Shown here: in pieces, positions 52,001 to 64,000 of the stretch
Layout: every line of letters begins with the position of its first letter
Numbering within the stretch: the first letter of the stretch is position 1
DNA from: Lytechinus pictus
Taxonomy: Eukaryota
Assembly (NCBI RefSeq): GCF_037042905.1
Contig: NC_087251.1
Location: forward strand, 10,294,001-10,358,000
Length of the DNA: 64,000 nucleotides
Direction of reading: 5' to 3'
Program-made: the position numbers and the translations under genes
Notes under the pieces: generated by a model
The model's input: only the letters and a program-made list of their open reading frames with translations
What the model was told of the DNA's origin: nothing
Database searches by the model: none

Positions 52001-54460
52001 TCATCATTATGACCATATCTCCCAACTGATTTGGAGTTCAACACTTAAAGTTAAAACCATGAGGTGGCGGTGAAAATATATTCAGGTTCTCCCCTCATAC
52101 TTACATTCCTAAATTCTTTTGTCTCCAAGTCATGTTCCATTGAGGCATAATTTTCCAACAATCTACTCTTATCATCATAGTTTCTATTTTAATATTGTAC
52201 TTTTAATTTCACAATAATGCTCTCCATTTCACTATCATGTTAATTTGTAATAATTTCACCTGCTGTTATCACATAACAAAACCATGTCCTAACTGTATAT
52301 TATATAAAAATTAACGAAAAAAGAAAAGTATAATGTGGTCAATTCTCCTGCAATGAAATGAGATCATCAAGTGATTTGGCAGTGAAAAATAAATTAATTA
52401 ATAATATGGGTATAAACTGAATTGATGAACTGAGGTGTTCTTTAAATTATCTTTATCATGAATTTACAATGTAGATGAAACCTGGTATTCCCCATAAGTG
52501 TGGACAAATTCTTACTGCTAAAATTACTAAGGCCTTCATCATAAATGTGTTTACCTTTTCTCTTAAATAATATCATATGATATCTCAAAAAATTTAAATT
52601 TAACCTCTGATAATTTGCAAATTTAGTCAATTGCACCTTAATAAGAAATCAAATATTTTGGTCAACCTATCTTCCCTATATTGCCTGAAACTGGCAATGA
52701 CTAGTTTTCATCAAACTTATGACCACCTGACTTTTATGTCCTGGTTTGAAGCTTGGCACACAGCATTACGTCAATGATAACCCCAAATTACATGGTTTGT
52801 TTGCACAGATCTGCATATACAAGTCAAAATCCTCTTAGATACGTCTTGGGAATCAGAATACACTAACCCATTTTCTTAATTCCCCTATTTCCCTGACTCA
52901 AGGCAATCATCTTTCATAGCACACATAGAGTATCCTTATAATAAAAAATGAAAAAAAAAATATAAAATTCATTGAAGGGGGAAAGAACCAAATGAAACAA
53001 ATTCACAGAACCATTTAAACCATGATGATATGATTAGGATTCATAAAAAACAGCATGGATTAGCAAAGTCTTCACTTTTATTGCCCAAGCTTGGATGAGT
53101 TACTTCTAAATTTGGTTGATAGATGAAAAGAAGAAAATACCTCATGCGGGCATTCAACTCCTAGAAACATAATCCTATACCTGCTTGGATCTTATGGGAA
53201 ACTGACCATGCACAGTTAATTACTTGGGACAACATTTACTGAATATGATATATCTAGTCAAGGATCTGCGGTGTATAGAGGTAATTACAGCCATACAAAA
53301 AGTAAACAATGTCTAGAGGATTTCATCTTGCTGTGACTAGATTGCTTGATAAAAAAAAACAAGAAGAGACGATTTGGCAATCATACGATTCAATGAACAT
53401 AGGTCTAATCAACGAAAAAAGGGATAAGGTTACACTTTACACTAGATGACTGTTTTGTAAAGAAAAATGGTCTGAAGAAATGCTAATATTTTTATATTCT
53501 CTCTGATATAATTCTTTCAATGTCATCTATTGATAGTAGAACAATGATTGCATTAATCTTTCCAATCCCTTCCTCCTTGACATGAATTAATGAAATATTT
53601 TGCTTTTTTTCTTCAAAACAAATTTTAACATGTCAGATACCTGGGGGCATTTCAGCCTGAAAACCTAAAGCAATGTACAATCCAATTTGAAACCAATCAA
53701 ATTCTCACATATTGATCTTATGTCACCTGACATTTATTGAGCTTTTAGTGAATGCTTTACCAGTAATCAATGATACATTCTCAACATCGGACACCTGAGA
53801 GGAGTACAAACATACATTATTCCATGATCACAAAGAAGAAAAGTGTTCCTAGAAATCAGGTGAGTTGACACAGAATGCAGAAGGCATTGTACTTTCCTGT
53901 TCCATTGTAGAATGTAAAATTGGGATTAGATTATCTTGTATGAGGAAACAATTAGTGCAAAGCTCTAGAGCATTTCTATAGGACTCACAAAAAATGCACC
54001 AAAATCATGTCCATCTTGGGGATTTCCTAGAATTTTGTTTCACTCTTAATGCACTCTGACCTTTATGCTTAAATTTGTTGCCACTCCACATAATTTTGAT
54101 TCATTAGGACTGATGTCCATTTTCTCCAAAAACCATATATTGTAAATATCAAATTCACGAAAAAAATCCACAATATCACAAACATTATCAAAAATTTACA
54201 AATTAATTTTAATTCCTTCACTTTGCGATTTTTTTTAATAACAGCTAATGAATCACCATTTTTTATTCACACAAATATGTTTGCTGTTAAGAAGACATTT
54301 ACTGTTTAAAAGCAGTAAAATTCAACAAGTAATATGAAAACTAAACTAGCAGATGAATTACACTGATAATTTCATATCTACTTAAGATAAACAATGACAA
54401 AAGAAGAACAAACGACATGAAAGAAAAGATTTAAAGAAAAAAACATGAAGAACCATAATA

Positions 54461-54700
54461 CCGGTGTGTTGGCTCAGTTGGTAGAGCGTCTATCTCACAA
54501 CCGGGAAGTCAAGAGTTGAAACCCTGGCCGTGTCAGAACAAAAGACGTTAAAAGATGAGAGTTGCTGCTACCCTGTTTGGCCTTCAACAATAGAAGGGAT
54601 AGAGCCTCATCAATCTGGCGCAGCACAGTGGCTGCCGGGCCCATGATCAATTATTTTCAGGGTATCTTATTTCATGTCCATTTCGAACAATAAAATGTGG
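54461..54700 (+). mobile_element. tRNA-derived SINE, second family (MetaSINE-like core)
   Basis: A box tggctcagttgg, degenerate B box gagttgaaaccc, core aaagacgttaaaagatg..gctgctaccctgtttggc; family label from recall only. Confidence 0.7.
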
Positions 54701-57616
54701 GTTTACGATAATAACATTTCTGTTTATAACAGGACACTTTGATGATGTCATATTGACTTGATGACCATGGATGACTTTCTACAGGTCTATGGTAGGGCAG
54801 TTATCAGGCATGATGTTCCAAATGACTTCCCTGATATCTTCAAGACAAGATATGCGGCGGAAGAATAAAAATCAATAACAACACAAAGGATAGAAAGAAA
54901 TATACAAAAACAATAATATTAAAAGACAAATGTAGTGAAAATTCCCTCATTTAAAGAATAGACTGATTGGATTTGAAGGCTACCCATTCCTCCTAACCTC
55001 AGTGTAGAAGGGAGACAAGTATACCTAATTAATCACTCTTAAAATCTCAATTGTAATCCTAGAGGGACTACCTATATTCCCTCCTTCAGGACAATGAGGA
55101 ACTGTAAATGACACCTATTCAAGGAGCACCGGGCCAGACGGGATGGGGGTGTTAGCTCCAGGAAAGCTTTCTCTTGACGTCATTGATTAGAATGTAACAA
55201 GAATTAACAAAACTCACAAGACGCTTTCCTAGGGTTTATTGTCAAGGAGTTTCCTTATCTCGCCTGTACTCACTGCTGTTGATACTAATTAATTGGTCAT
55301 TGCAAGAATACTTGTTCATCACCCAAAGAAAAGTTAAGTAGAGAATGATCCCTTCAGGTTCTTTGAAACTCACCTAACTTTCAATCAGTTCTTCCTCAAT
55401 TTCTCTGTTGCATTGACAAAGTCCTTGCCATCTTGTCTGGCTAACAAAGATTGAAACTGCATATTCTTTCTATGTTACCCATCAATTCTGACAGAGAATG
55501 CATTTTAAAGATAAAAGGTGTAAGAACGGGGGTAAGGTGGGTTCTGACTGTTCTTGGAGTGAACTTTTTTGCTTGTCAGATTTTTTTTCAAGGAAAATAA
55601 TGTTTTTTTCACATTCAATCCATTGACCCCTCTTCTATAATGCAACATATAAAAATCAAAATCTAACATTTTCTTTGTGCACTTATGAAATACATTTCAT
55701 GATTATTGTTCATGGCATGGCTTGACCTTGCAGCAGTTAAAAAACATGTTCCCTTAAATTTTAATAGATTTTGTTCAAAAAGTAATTTACAATCTGGCAT
55801 CAAATTTGGAAAAAGAAAGAATACTTCAATTAACGGCAAGGTCATAGATTATAATATTTTGTATACCAAACTGAAGTTGCTACCCTGGGTAAATAAAACA
55901 TCAATATTGTTTATCAATTTTTGAGTGGAATACTGTAAAATCTCTCATGAGGCCATTTTTTATTAGTTCTATGGAAATTTTCCATTTCTTATCTTTATTA
56001 TCAGTATCTTTATGAGCTGTTCGTCACAGTTTATGGCAATGGATTATGTAATCTGGCCAATCTGATTATATAACATGTGAGGCTATTGAAATTGCATAAA
56101 AATGATTGGAAAATACTGTTATTTGAGGTCAAATGATTTCAAAATCCCATGCCTACTAATCACATAAAGTACATCTAGTGAATATGAGTGGTGCAAATCA
56201 TAAAAGGATGTCATTCAGCATTTATTCTTTCAAAGAAACTCAGCAGTATTGCACGTGCTTTAAGCTGAATGAAATCAAGATGAATGACTTGCAGAATGTT
56301 CGCTTTTAGATCAAGTAGGAACTGGCTATAGGCAAGAAGTCATAATTATCAATTCCTAGCCAATGTTCCACCCCTTGGGTATAAGAGCCAAGTATACTTC
56401 AAACCCATTATATTTTCCAATCGCACATCCAAGTCCTCTGTCACAACACCCAACATGTCAGTACAACATGTAAAAGTGAGGACTGAATTACTATTCCTGT
56501 TGATGATGACTAAACCCATCTACACCCCAGCCTCACCTTCACAAAATAATTAGAAGACCCCTATGGCCTTGTAGTATATACTGTCACATTGATTGCAGTC
56601 TGATGAGGGATGATATGTTATCTGGGTCAAATAGAGGGTTTGGAAAGAATCGCACGCTCTAAAAGAAACCAGTCTCCCTCAATTAATTACCAAAGGTTTA
56701 GTGATGGTGACTGGAGCACAATCATGTGATTTATACAGAGAATAGTTGGACAGAGCCAGAGCCACATATAAAAATTAAATAAGTGTTCATGTTATATAAT
56801 GATATCTTTCTCTGTAACAACTATCATAAAGCTTTTCCCCTGATACCTTCTGTAATCAAATATTGGTTAAAATAATCATTTATTTTCTAGTGAAGGCATA
56901 AAAAAAAATCATTTTTCATCTTTGAAAATACTTTTCCTGTCTATTTCTTGAATAGCAAATATTTTCAGTAAAATAAAATCCTATGACCTCAAATATTCAA
57001 TGTGATTTAGTTTTTAAAATTTACTTTTGGTCTACAATTACGGGAATTTCTGCATTTTTATTTGTACACTTGGACACATCCTGAATATGCTAGAAGGGCA
57101 TTTGTATACTGAAATGTTGGCTGTATACACCATACAAATATTGAAAATTATGTTTAAACTGTAGCAAACACTAGTATATAATAAGTAGCATGCACATACC
57201 TCATCTGTCTTTCTACACTGGAAACAGAATTTAATTTGTATGCTATTAATGCTTAAAATCAGAGCACCCATTCCTCTGTGTTTATATAAAAACCCTTCAC
57301 GCTCTGAGGAGTGTTTTCGTTGTCTGGCCAGCTATGTTTATCTATGGCACTAAACGAAAAAAAAATCCCTGAGGCTTAAATCTTTCCTCCTACAAATCTC
57401 TTCTAAATTCGAAATGTAATAATTTTTCATTTATCAATCCAATAATGTCAATATCAAAATGTGATGTAAGGAGGATGCTGTGGGGGCCTGGGAATTTATT
57501 CTGTACTTGGAAACTCAGCTAAACGAATATCATTAAGAAGACTGCTATGTCATTATTTTCTAAAAAGAACAAAAACAAAATAAATTAAGCTTATTATACA
57601 ATCCAAATATGTACTT

Positions 57617-57684
57617 TATAATAATAATAATAATAATGTGACTTATAAAGCGCCAAATCCACTCTGTAGAGTTCTCAAGGCGCA
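57617..57684 (-). repeat. SINE/L2-type 3' tail remnant
   Basis: Minus strand: gcgccttgagaac...ggcgctttataag...(ATT)n. Confidence 0.5.
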
Positions 57685-60636
57685 TAAAGAGCTAAGAGTT
57701 AAATAAAAAAGTTTTTAGAAGATTTTTGAAAGTTTGAAACTTTATTTGAGAAGCAATAATACAATATAATTAAAACTGGATATTCATACTCATAAATAGA
57801 GGGTGTCTAGTCATGAAGTTGAAATTTCTCCCCAAATTAATTATTTTGGTATAATGGAATTGTTTACTTTTAATTTATTATTTATTATAACAAATTTATT
57901 CAGGGTAAAAATAACATGAATCACTCAATTGCTGTTTTACATCATGATCCTGACATAAACATATACATATGCAAAATATCAGATACAAGAGAAAACTATA
58001 ACATGATGATAAAAAAATTACAAAGATTATATATCACAAAAATAAAAAGTTCATCATCATACACGATCTGACCTAACATGATGAGAAACATGAGAAAGCA
58101 AAGAGAAAGAAGAAAGACGAGAGAGAGAGAGAAAAATAGACAAAAGGCACAAGAGAGTACAAGAGATAAAAGGGGAAGGAATAAGGAATAATACTTAACA
58201 GGACGAATTGACATTGACATAAAAACAGTTATAAATCCATGCAGAAGTGTGACAAATAGTGCAAAAAAAATCAATACAAACTAGAATGAAAATACATGGA
58301 GCCTGTATCACGCTACAATGTCAAGGGGAAAACTGATCCTCCGATTATGCCCCTCTTGTTGGAAAAGTTGGCAGAAGCTAACATCCTTTCTTTGCCCAAT
58401 TATTGATCATACAAAGACAACAAAAAATAAGGTTTTGTAGTTCTCACCTCCTAGATCTCACCTACTTTTGCCCAGTGTCATTCTAGAACTGAAGATGAGT
58501 AAAGTTACTTTCTTCTTCAAACAGAATTAAAGGCATTGATCTCCAAGTATTTGCTTACTTTTGTGATGTAGTGTTGACTTTGATTTTCTGAACTATGGAG
58601 AATGTACTCGGATTCACTTTCAATCAATAATGCAAAAATATGTCACAAGTATCCTCTTAGAAGTATGGCTTTGTGAAAGAAAAGACATAAAGCATCCCTT
58701 TTCCCATGATAACATATAGGTTGATTTGCAAATTGGATACACCATTAGACTGTGGATTAGAAAAATGTTCAAGTCTTGTTAAGGCATAATTGTACTCTGA
58801 GAAGATAATCAAGATATCAATTTGGCCACTTTCCCTCCAGGTGGTTGTTTCATAAAGTTGTTCGTACATGAAAGTTGTTATGTTTTATTGGTAACCTGAG
58901 TCTGATGTTTGACACAGATTTGCACTGATTTCCAAGTCTATAAGGCCTTTCCTTACTGGTCAAATCACACTCATTGTATAGGCTCTGCTGTTATTTGATA
59001 AATGACATTACTTTGTTAAGTGTCATATGCGAGTTGGCACTTAAGAATGAATTTAAGTCATATTTAACTCTGTGTGAAAAATCCATGTACTTAAGTAAAT
59101 TTGTTCCTGTTTTTAACACAGAAAGATAAATTTTCTACAATCCTAATCAAACTTAATAAGTAATGAATTTTGTATTTAGAATGCTTTTGAACACCAAGCA
59201 CTTGTTTCTATTGGATTTCAACTGAAGCATATGATTGAAATGATTCTGACATTGCATCAACTAACAGGACACCTATTGTGTACAAAGTGACCTGTAATTT
59301 ACAAATGACTTTATCAATCATCATCCTGGATATAATGTCTATGTATAGGATTAGAATCTTTAAAAAATACAAGCTTTAACTCTCAACATGCCACATTAAT
59401 TTGTATTAAAAATAGTGCATTTTCCTTTTAAAACTTTGAAGTAATATGAAAGAGCCTTACTTAGTGTTAATGACTGAAAACTTACCTACAAACACAATGC
59501 AATGAGTATTGCAAAGCATGTACTGCTGGCATTAATTAAAGAGAAAATAAATAATTATTAATTGTATAGACAATAAGTACATTTGCATAAAAGAATGTGT
59601 CATGCTAAGGGTTAAAAAGTGATAAATTTCAATAAAAAAAGAAAAATGAGATGTACAAAATCACAGGAAAAAGGAGAAAGGCAAAACATATTTGAAAGAC
59701 CAAAGAAAGATGGATAGTCAGTGTTAAATGAAGAATGGAGAATGAAGAGAACAAAATGATGGTTGAGAACTCTAAGGAGATACCAGAAAAATCAGTGTCG
59801 AACACTTTGAATGACCATTGAGCTTTGGTCATACTCAAGATAGAAGATACAGGAGATCCGGTGGAAACAGATGTCATTTCCGCATCAACGGGTTCTGGGA
59901 ATCATCCGAATGGAGCAGCACCAAGAGAGGATCAAGTTTAATGTGGATGAGCATGCCTCGTTGAAGAAAACACCTCAGTCAAAAGACCATTCTTGATGGG
60001 ATGACAGGGAAGGATAAAAGGATACCCGGACAGACAGAGAGGGAGAGAGAGAGAGATAAAGATATATAACATAGAAAAATAGACAGAGGGAAAGGGAGAC
60101 AGAGATAAAGATTGACAAAAAAGTTACAGAAAGAGAATAGGGAGAGAGAGAGATTAAGATAGGTTGAGAAAGGGAAGAGAAAGATGGATAGAGCAAAAGA
60201 GAGCGAAACAAAGTGAAGGAAAAAATGGAAAGAGTGAGAGTGAATAAAAAATAAAAGAGAGAGAGAGAGATAGCAAGTTCATCTTTCAGAAATAAAGTCA
60301 TCTTGTGGCACAGTAAGTTGAAACAGGGAAAGCAAACGAGGATTAACTTGTAATTATTAACTATGGTGATAGGTATTATCTTGTCTGTGAACCTTTAGAG
60401 TGACAGATACGGTACTTGTATGGGCGATTTGGAGAAAAATTGAAAGTCAATGAATGTTAATGGGATTTTCATCAAAATACCAAAGATTCAATAAATCATA
60501 CGCTTGACTTGAACCTCCTTTCACTGAAAAAATATGTAAATTTACAGGAAGGAAATATCAATGTATAGCGGATCATGTGGATAAGAGATCTATCAAAGTG
60601 CATGTACATGTTTCTATTCTGTGAAAGGTCTTTGAC

Positions 60637-61227
60637 CCCGGGGGGGGGGGGGGGGGGGGGGAGTCAAATGTATTACTGTACACATGCGTGGCCAAATTAT
60701 TTCCAAACACCCCCTAAATGAGTTTTTTTCCTCTGGGTGCAAAATAACCCCCTAAACAAGTTTTTCGCGAGCTTCATTAACGCATTTTGGCCCCTAAACA
60801 AGTCGTCGTCAGAATATGACCCCTAAACAAGTTTTGTCTTCTTGCTAACAATATATTTAAAATACAGACAAAACTAAATTCATGTGTATTGCATACCCCC
60901 TATTGCAGTTAGGGTTAAAATACCACAATCAGGAAGAACCTGAACACTTTTCAGAAACGAGGAGGAAAAAGCCCTTGGGGAAAAAACATACCCTAAACAC
61001 GTTTGGCTAGTCTTAGAAAAAAAAAGCTTTGGAAAAAAAAGATACCCTAAATACGTTTGACCCCGCTATTGACCAGTCTTTCAAAACCACCCTTATTTTT
61101 TAAAATTGGTGTTTTTGATACCCTTAACGAGTGCACGCGCGGCCCGCGTCCAAAACTGAAAAAACACCCCTTTAAACATGTTTTTTTTTGTCAAGCGTGT
61201 GTACAGCAATATATTTAACTGCCCCCC
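60637..61227. mobile_element. Non-autonomous DNA element with CCCGGG/poly-G and poly-C ends
   Basis: IR agtcaaatgtattactgtacacatgcgt / agcgtgtgtacagcaatatatttaactg; six internal ccctaaa motifs. Confidence 0.75.
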
Positions 61228-63170
61228 TTTGCTTTGATACTATCATACTTGTCACATGAGAAACATGAGAGCATCAAATAAAAAAAATCTTTCCTTATCT
61301 TTGACATCTTTCTGTATACTTTACACTCTAAAAACACAAAGGCCAGTATGGGTGGAAAAGGGCATAGGAGTGAATAAGTGTTTTCAACCATCTTATAAGT
61401 GGCGTTGCTCTCTGGGTGATCCATCCATTTTCACAGTTTAATTTGTAGATTGTGCCATTTAACAAAAAGACATCAAGAAAGATGCAAGTAAGTAATTGAT
61501 ATCAATTACAAGGGGGATCATTTCTTTAAAGATTTTATGAAATATATGCATGAATTCTATTCGAAAAAAAAATCTTTATACCCATTAAATTATGTTACTG
61601 TTCAATAACAGTTCATACACTCTGCATTTTACACTTTTTCTACTAACAACTTGTTTTTCTTTTTTTTGTAATGTTCTTTTGCATTGTCATGATAGTGTAA
61701 ATATTGAATATGATTCTGTTTATTTCTTAAATAAAACATACAACTAAAAAAATATATTAAAAATGTCATCAATCCATTCAGGCCACCTGGAGGTAGAATT
61801 CGTAGTAGAATGGCGGATTCTATTCACAAGAAATTCGATTTGAAGACATGCTGATGTAAAAGAGATGCGAAAAACTTTAAACTTCCGATGGCTGTTATAT
61901 TGGTAAATGTTCGCATAAATCCTTATGGACTCTGACAGTGTCCAAAAATTAAGTGCTTTTAGATCAAGTAAATAAGATTGCCACAGGTTCTTTGGTAGAG
62001 ACTAGTATAGAAGGAAGACTATAGAGATATAGAGATGGCATATTTTTATTCTGAACCAAGATGTAAACTGTTTATTACATCAAAATATAATTGTTTGGAT
62101 ATCCTAACTTCCCCTCAGTTGAGATCTCAAGGGCTTATCTAACCCAGGTATTGTCTAACCATCTGAACAAAACATTGGTAGGGAAAGATAATAAGTAAGA
62201 TAACATGAAAAAAAAATCATTATGAGGAAAATGTGACAGAATGGGAAAAAATGAACAAATTAAAGATAGAAGAGAGAGAAAAAAAGAAAGGGAGAGAAAG
62301 AGTGGCAAGTAAGTTTTTGACATAATTAACAAAGTGGCATTTATTAACTGACATAGCAACAAAACTTGTCAGCCAATCAGACCCAAGGATTTCATTCATT
62401 TATTCAGAATCAACAAATATTTAAGTTAGAACCAATATTGAATCAGGATGATATAAGAATGAAATATGAGTAGCATACTGGTTCTAATAATTCACAATAC
62501 CCATAAACATAATCAGTTTAAATGCAAATTATTTTAATATATTTTCTACAAGGTAAGCTTTAATCAAATTGAAAAAAAAATGTGATTACATCTGCCTTTA
62601 AGCCATGTGCAGTAATATTCATTTCATTTTCACAATTATATTATTCTTCAATCTTGTAATTTCAACTTCTTAAAGACTAAGAAAACCTCTTGAGTGGGAT
62701 AGCCATATGTTTTCTCTAAATTATAACAAGCTTATTTTTTGTTTCAATTTCCCCTGAGGTTAAATATCCAATCCACCCAACGTAGTATCAATATCATATT
62801 ATCTGGTTAACTTTTTAGTGTTTGGTATAGGCAGATTTGGGAAACATTGCTATTTTTTTACATTCAATGTTCCTTAAATGACTGTGACTCTGTCTTTACA
62901 TGAGAGAGGGTTAAGATGAAGAAGTTAACTCAGGAAATCAACATTAAACATTACCGTTGTTGTATTACTAAATTTTTGACTGATTATTAATGTTCCATAT
63001 GCAAGTGCAGATAGCCCCTGCCCTCCCCCTCCCCTTGGCTATAAGTTGTATACAGAATTAGTTACGAATGATTATTAGTGCCCCATCTTGCCTCCCCATG
63101 AAAGCAAAGATGAAAATGGCTGACCCCCCCTTTGAGTATTGCTCATCATATATTGTTGGCGCCAATTAGA

Positions 63171-63230
63171 TAATAATAATAAGACTTGTAGAGTGCACTT
63201 CCATCTTGATTAGATGCTCAAAGTGCTTCA
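63171..63230 (-). repeat. SINE/L2-type 3' tail remnant
   Basis: Reverse complement of the 48992-49082 family. Confidence 0.55.
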
Positions 63231-64000
63231 GAGTAAAACAAAAAAATAATAATGACATTACTTGTTTGAACAATAAGTCAATGTCTGTCAAAAAGCACTC
63301 TTATACAGGTATGCTTATGATCAACATTAAGAAGCAATAAAAAAAATGTATTCATTCTCTGTGCTCCCAATTATAATATCTTTGGTCTGACACTTTCAAT
63401 AGAAAGATTACAATCAATCTATATAATCAATTACATTATCCTACCCCACCCCTGAAAAAAAACGTAAATACATGCACGATCTACATCAAATGGCAGTTCA
63501 GTTACGTGAGATTTATCTAGGTAGACTGCAATATCACGTTTCTCATGATCCAATGCCCTCTTACCATTATCACATATAAGCTTAATGGAGATTGTCACTC
63601 AGGAAGCAAGAAAAGCAAGAACAGGATTGAATTAGAATTAACATTTATTCTCCTTTTCTCTATTCATCCCTCAATTTCTACATCCCTTTCCATAACATAT
63701 GGCAAGTGAGAAAAAGCTCAGTAACCAATCAAGAAAAAAATATTGGGTTGATTGATATATCAAACAATAAAAGGGTATACAAATTCTATAATGAATTGGT
63801 AAAAATTGAAATAAATATAAATTTGCAGTTAAAATAGAGGTAACAGATGAATAGGAAAGCATTGCAGCTGTCTAAATACAAACATAGCTTTTGGCATAAT
63901 TATCAGTGACTGCCTATGAAATCTCAAATTCCTTACACTATAACATAAAGAATTGTTTCACTCTTTCACTAAGTATAGAATGCCACTCATTCATATTTCA

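Noticed and set aside
54461..54532. tRNA gene
   Set aside because: Degenerate B box, no closing acceptor stem, and it continues into a SINE core; it is a SINE head.
59755..59940. Plus-strand near-open frame (MMVENSKEIPEK...) with one internal TGA
   Set aside because: No recognisable homology or splice context, and no evidence for selenocysteine or read-through.
57996..62362. Hydrophobic F/L/S-rich ORFs (57996..58274, 59975..60301, 62135..62362)
   Set aside because: Translations of (GA)n/A-rich simple sequence, not membrane proteins.

Overview
AT-rich eukaryotic (metazoan) genomic DNA with no prokaryotic features. The repeat families suggest an echinoderm such as a sea urchin, but that is recall, not a search result. 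The window holds one large intron-containing gene on the minus strand, a receptor tyrosine kinase. I traced 18 GT-AG exons by hand from 31937 down to the stop at 13995. They join in consistent phase to 3117 nt (1038 aa), and the 5' end is missing. The protein has a small Cys-rich N-terminal module, three FN3-like domains, a single TM helix, an intact tyrosine kinase domain and a ~290-aa tail; architecture and kinase motifs most resemble Torso-type RTKs. No convincing coding exon was found in 32-64 kb, which is probably one very large intron. The rest is a probable ~4.4-kb 3'UTR plus many non-autonomous transposons (Tc1/mariner-, hAT-, Kolobok-, Harbinger- and CACTA-like MITEs, DINE-1/Helentron-like elements, tRNA-derived SINEs), several of them nested. 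Notable oddities are a 4x62-bp tandem amplification of a kinase exon end including its splice donor, a second splice-site-bearing duplication, a candidate recursive splice site, and a template-switch-type duplication in the 3'UTR.
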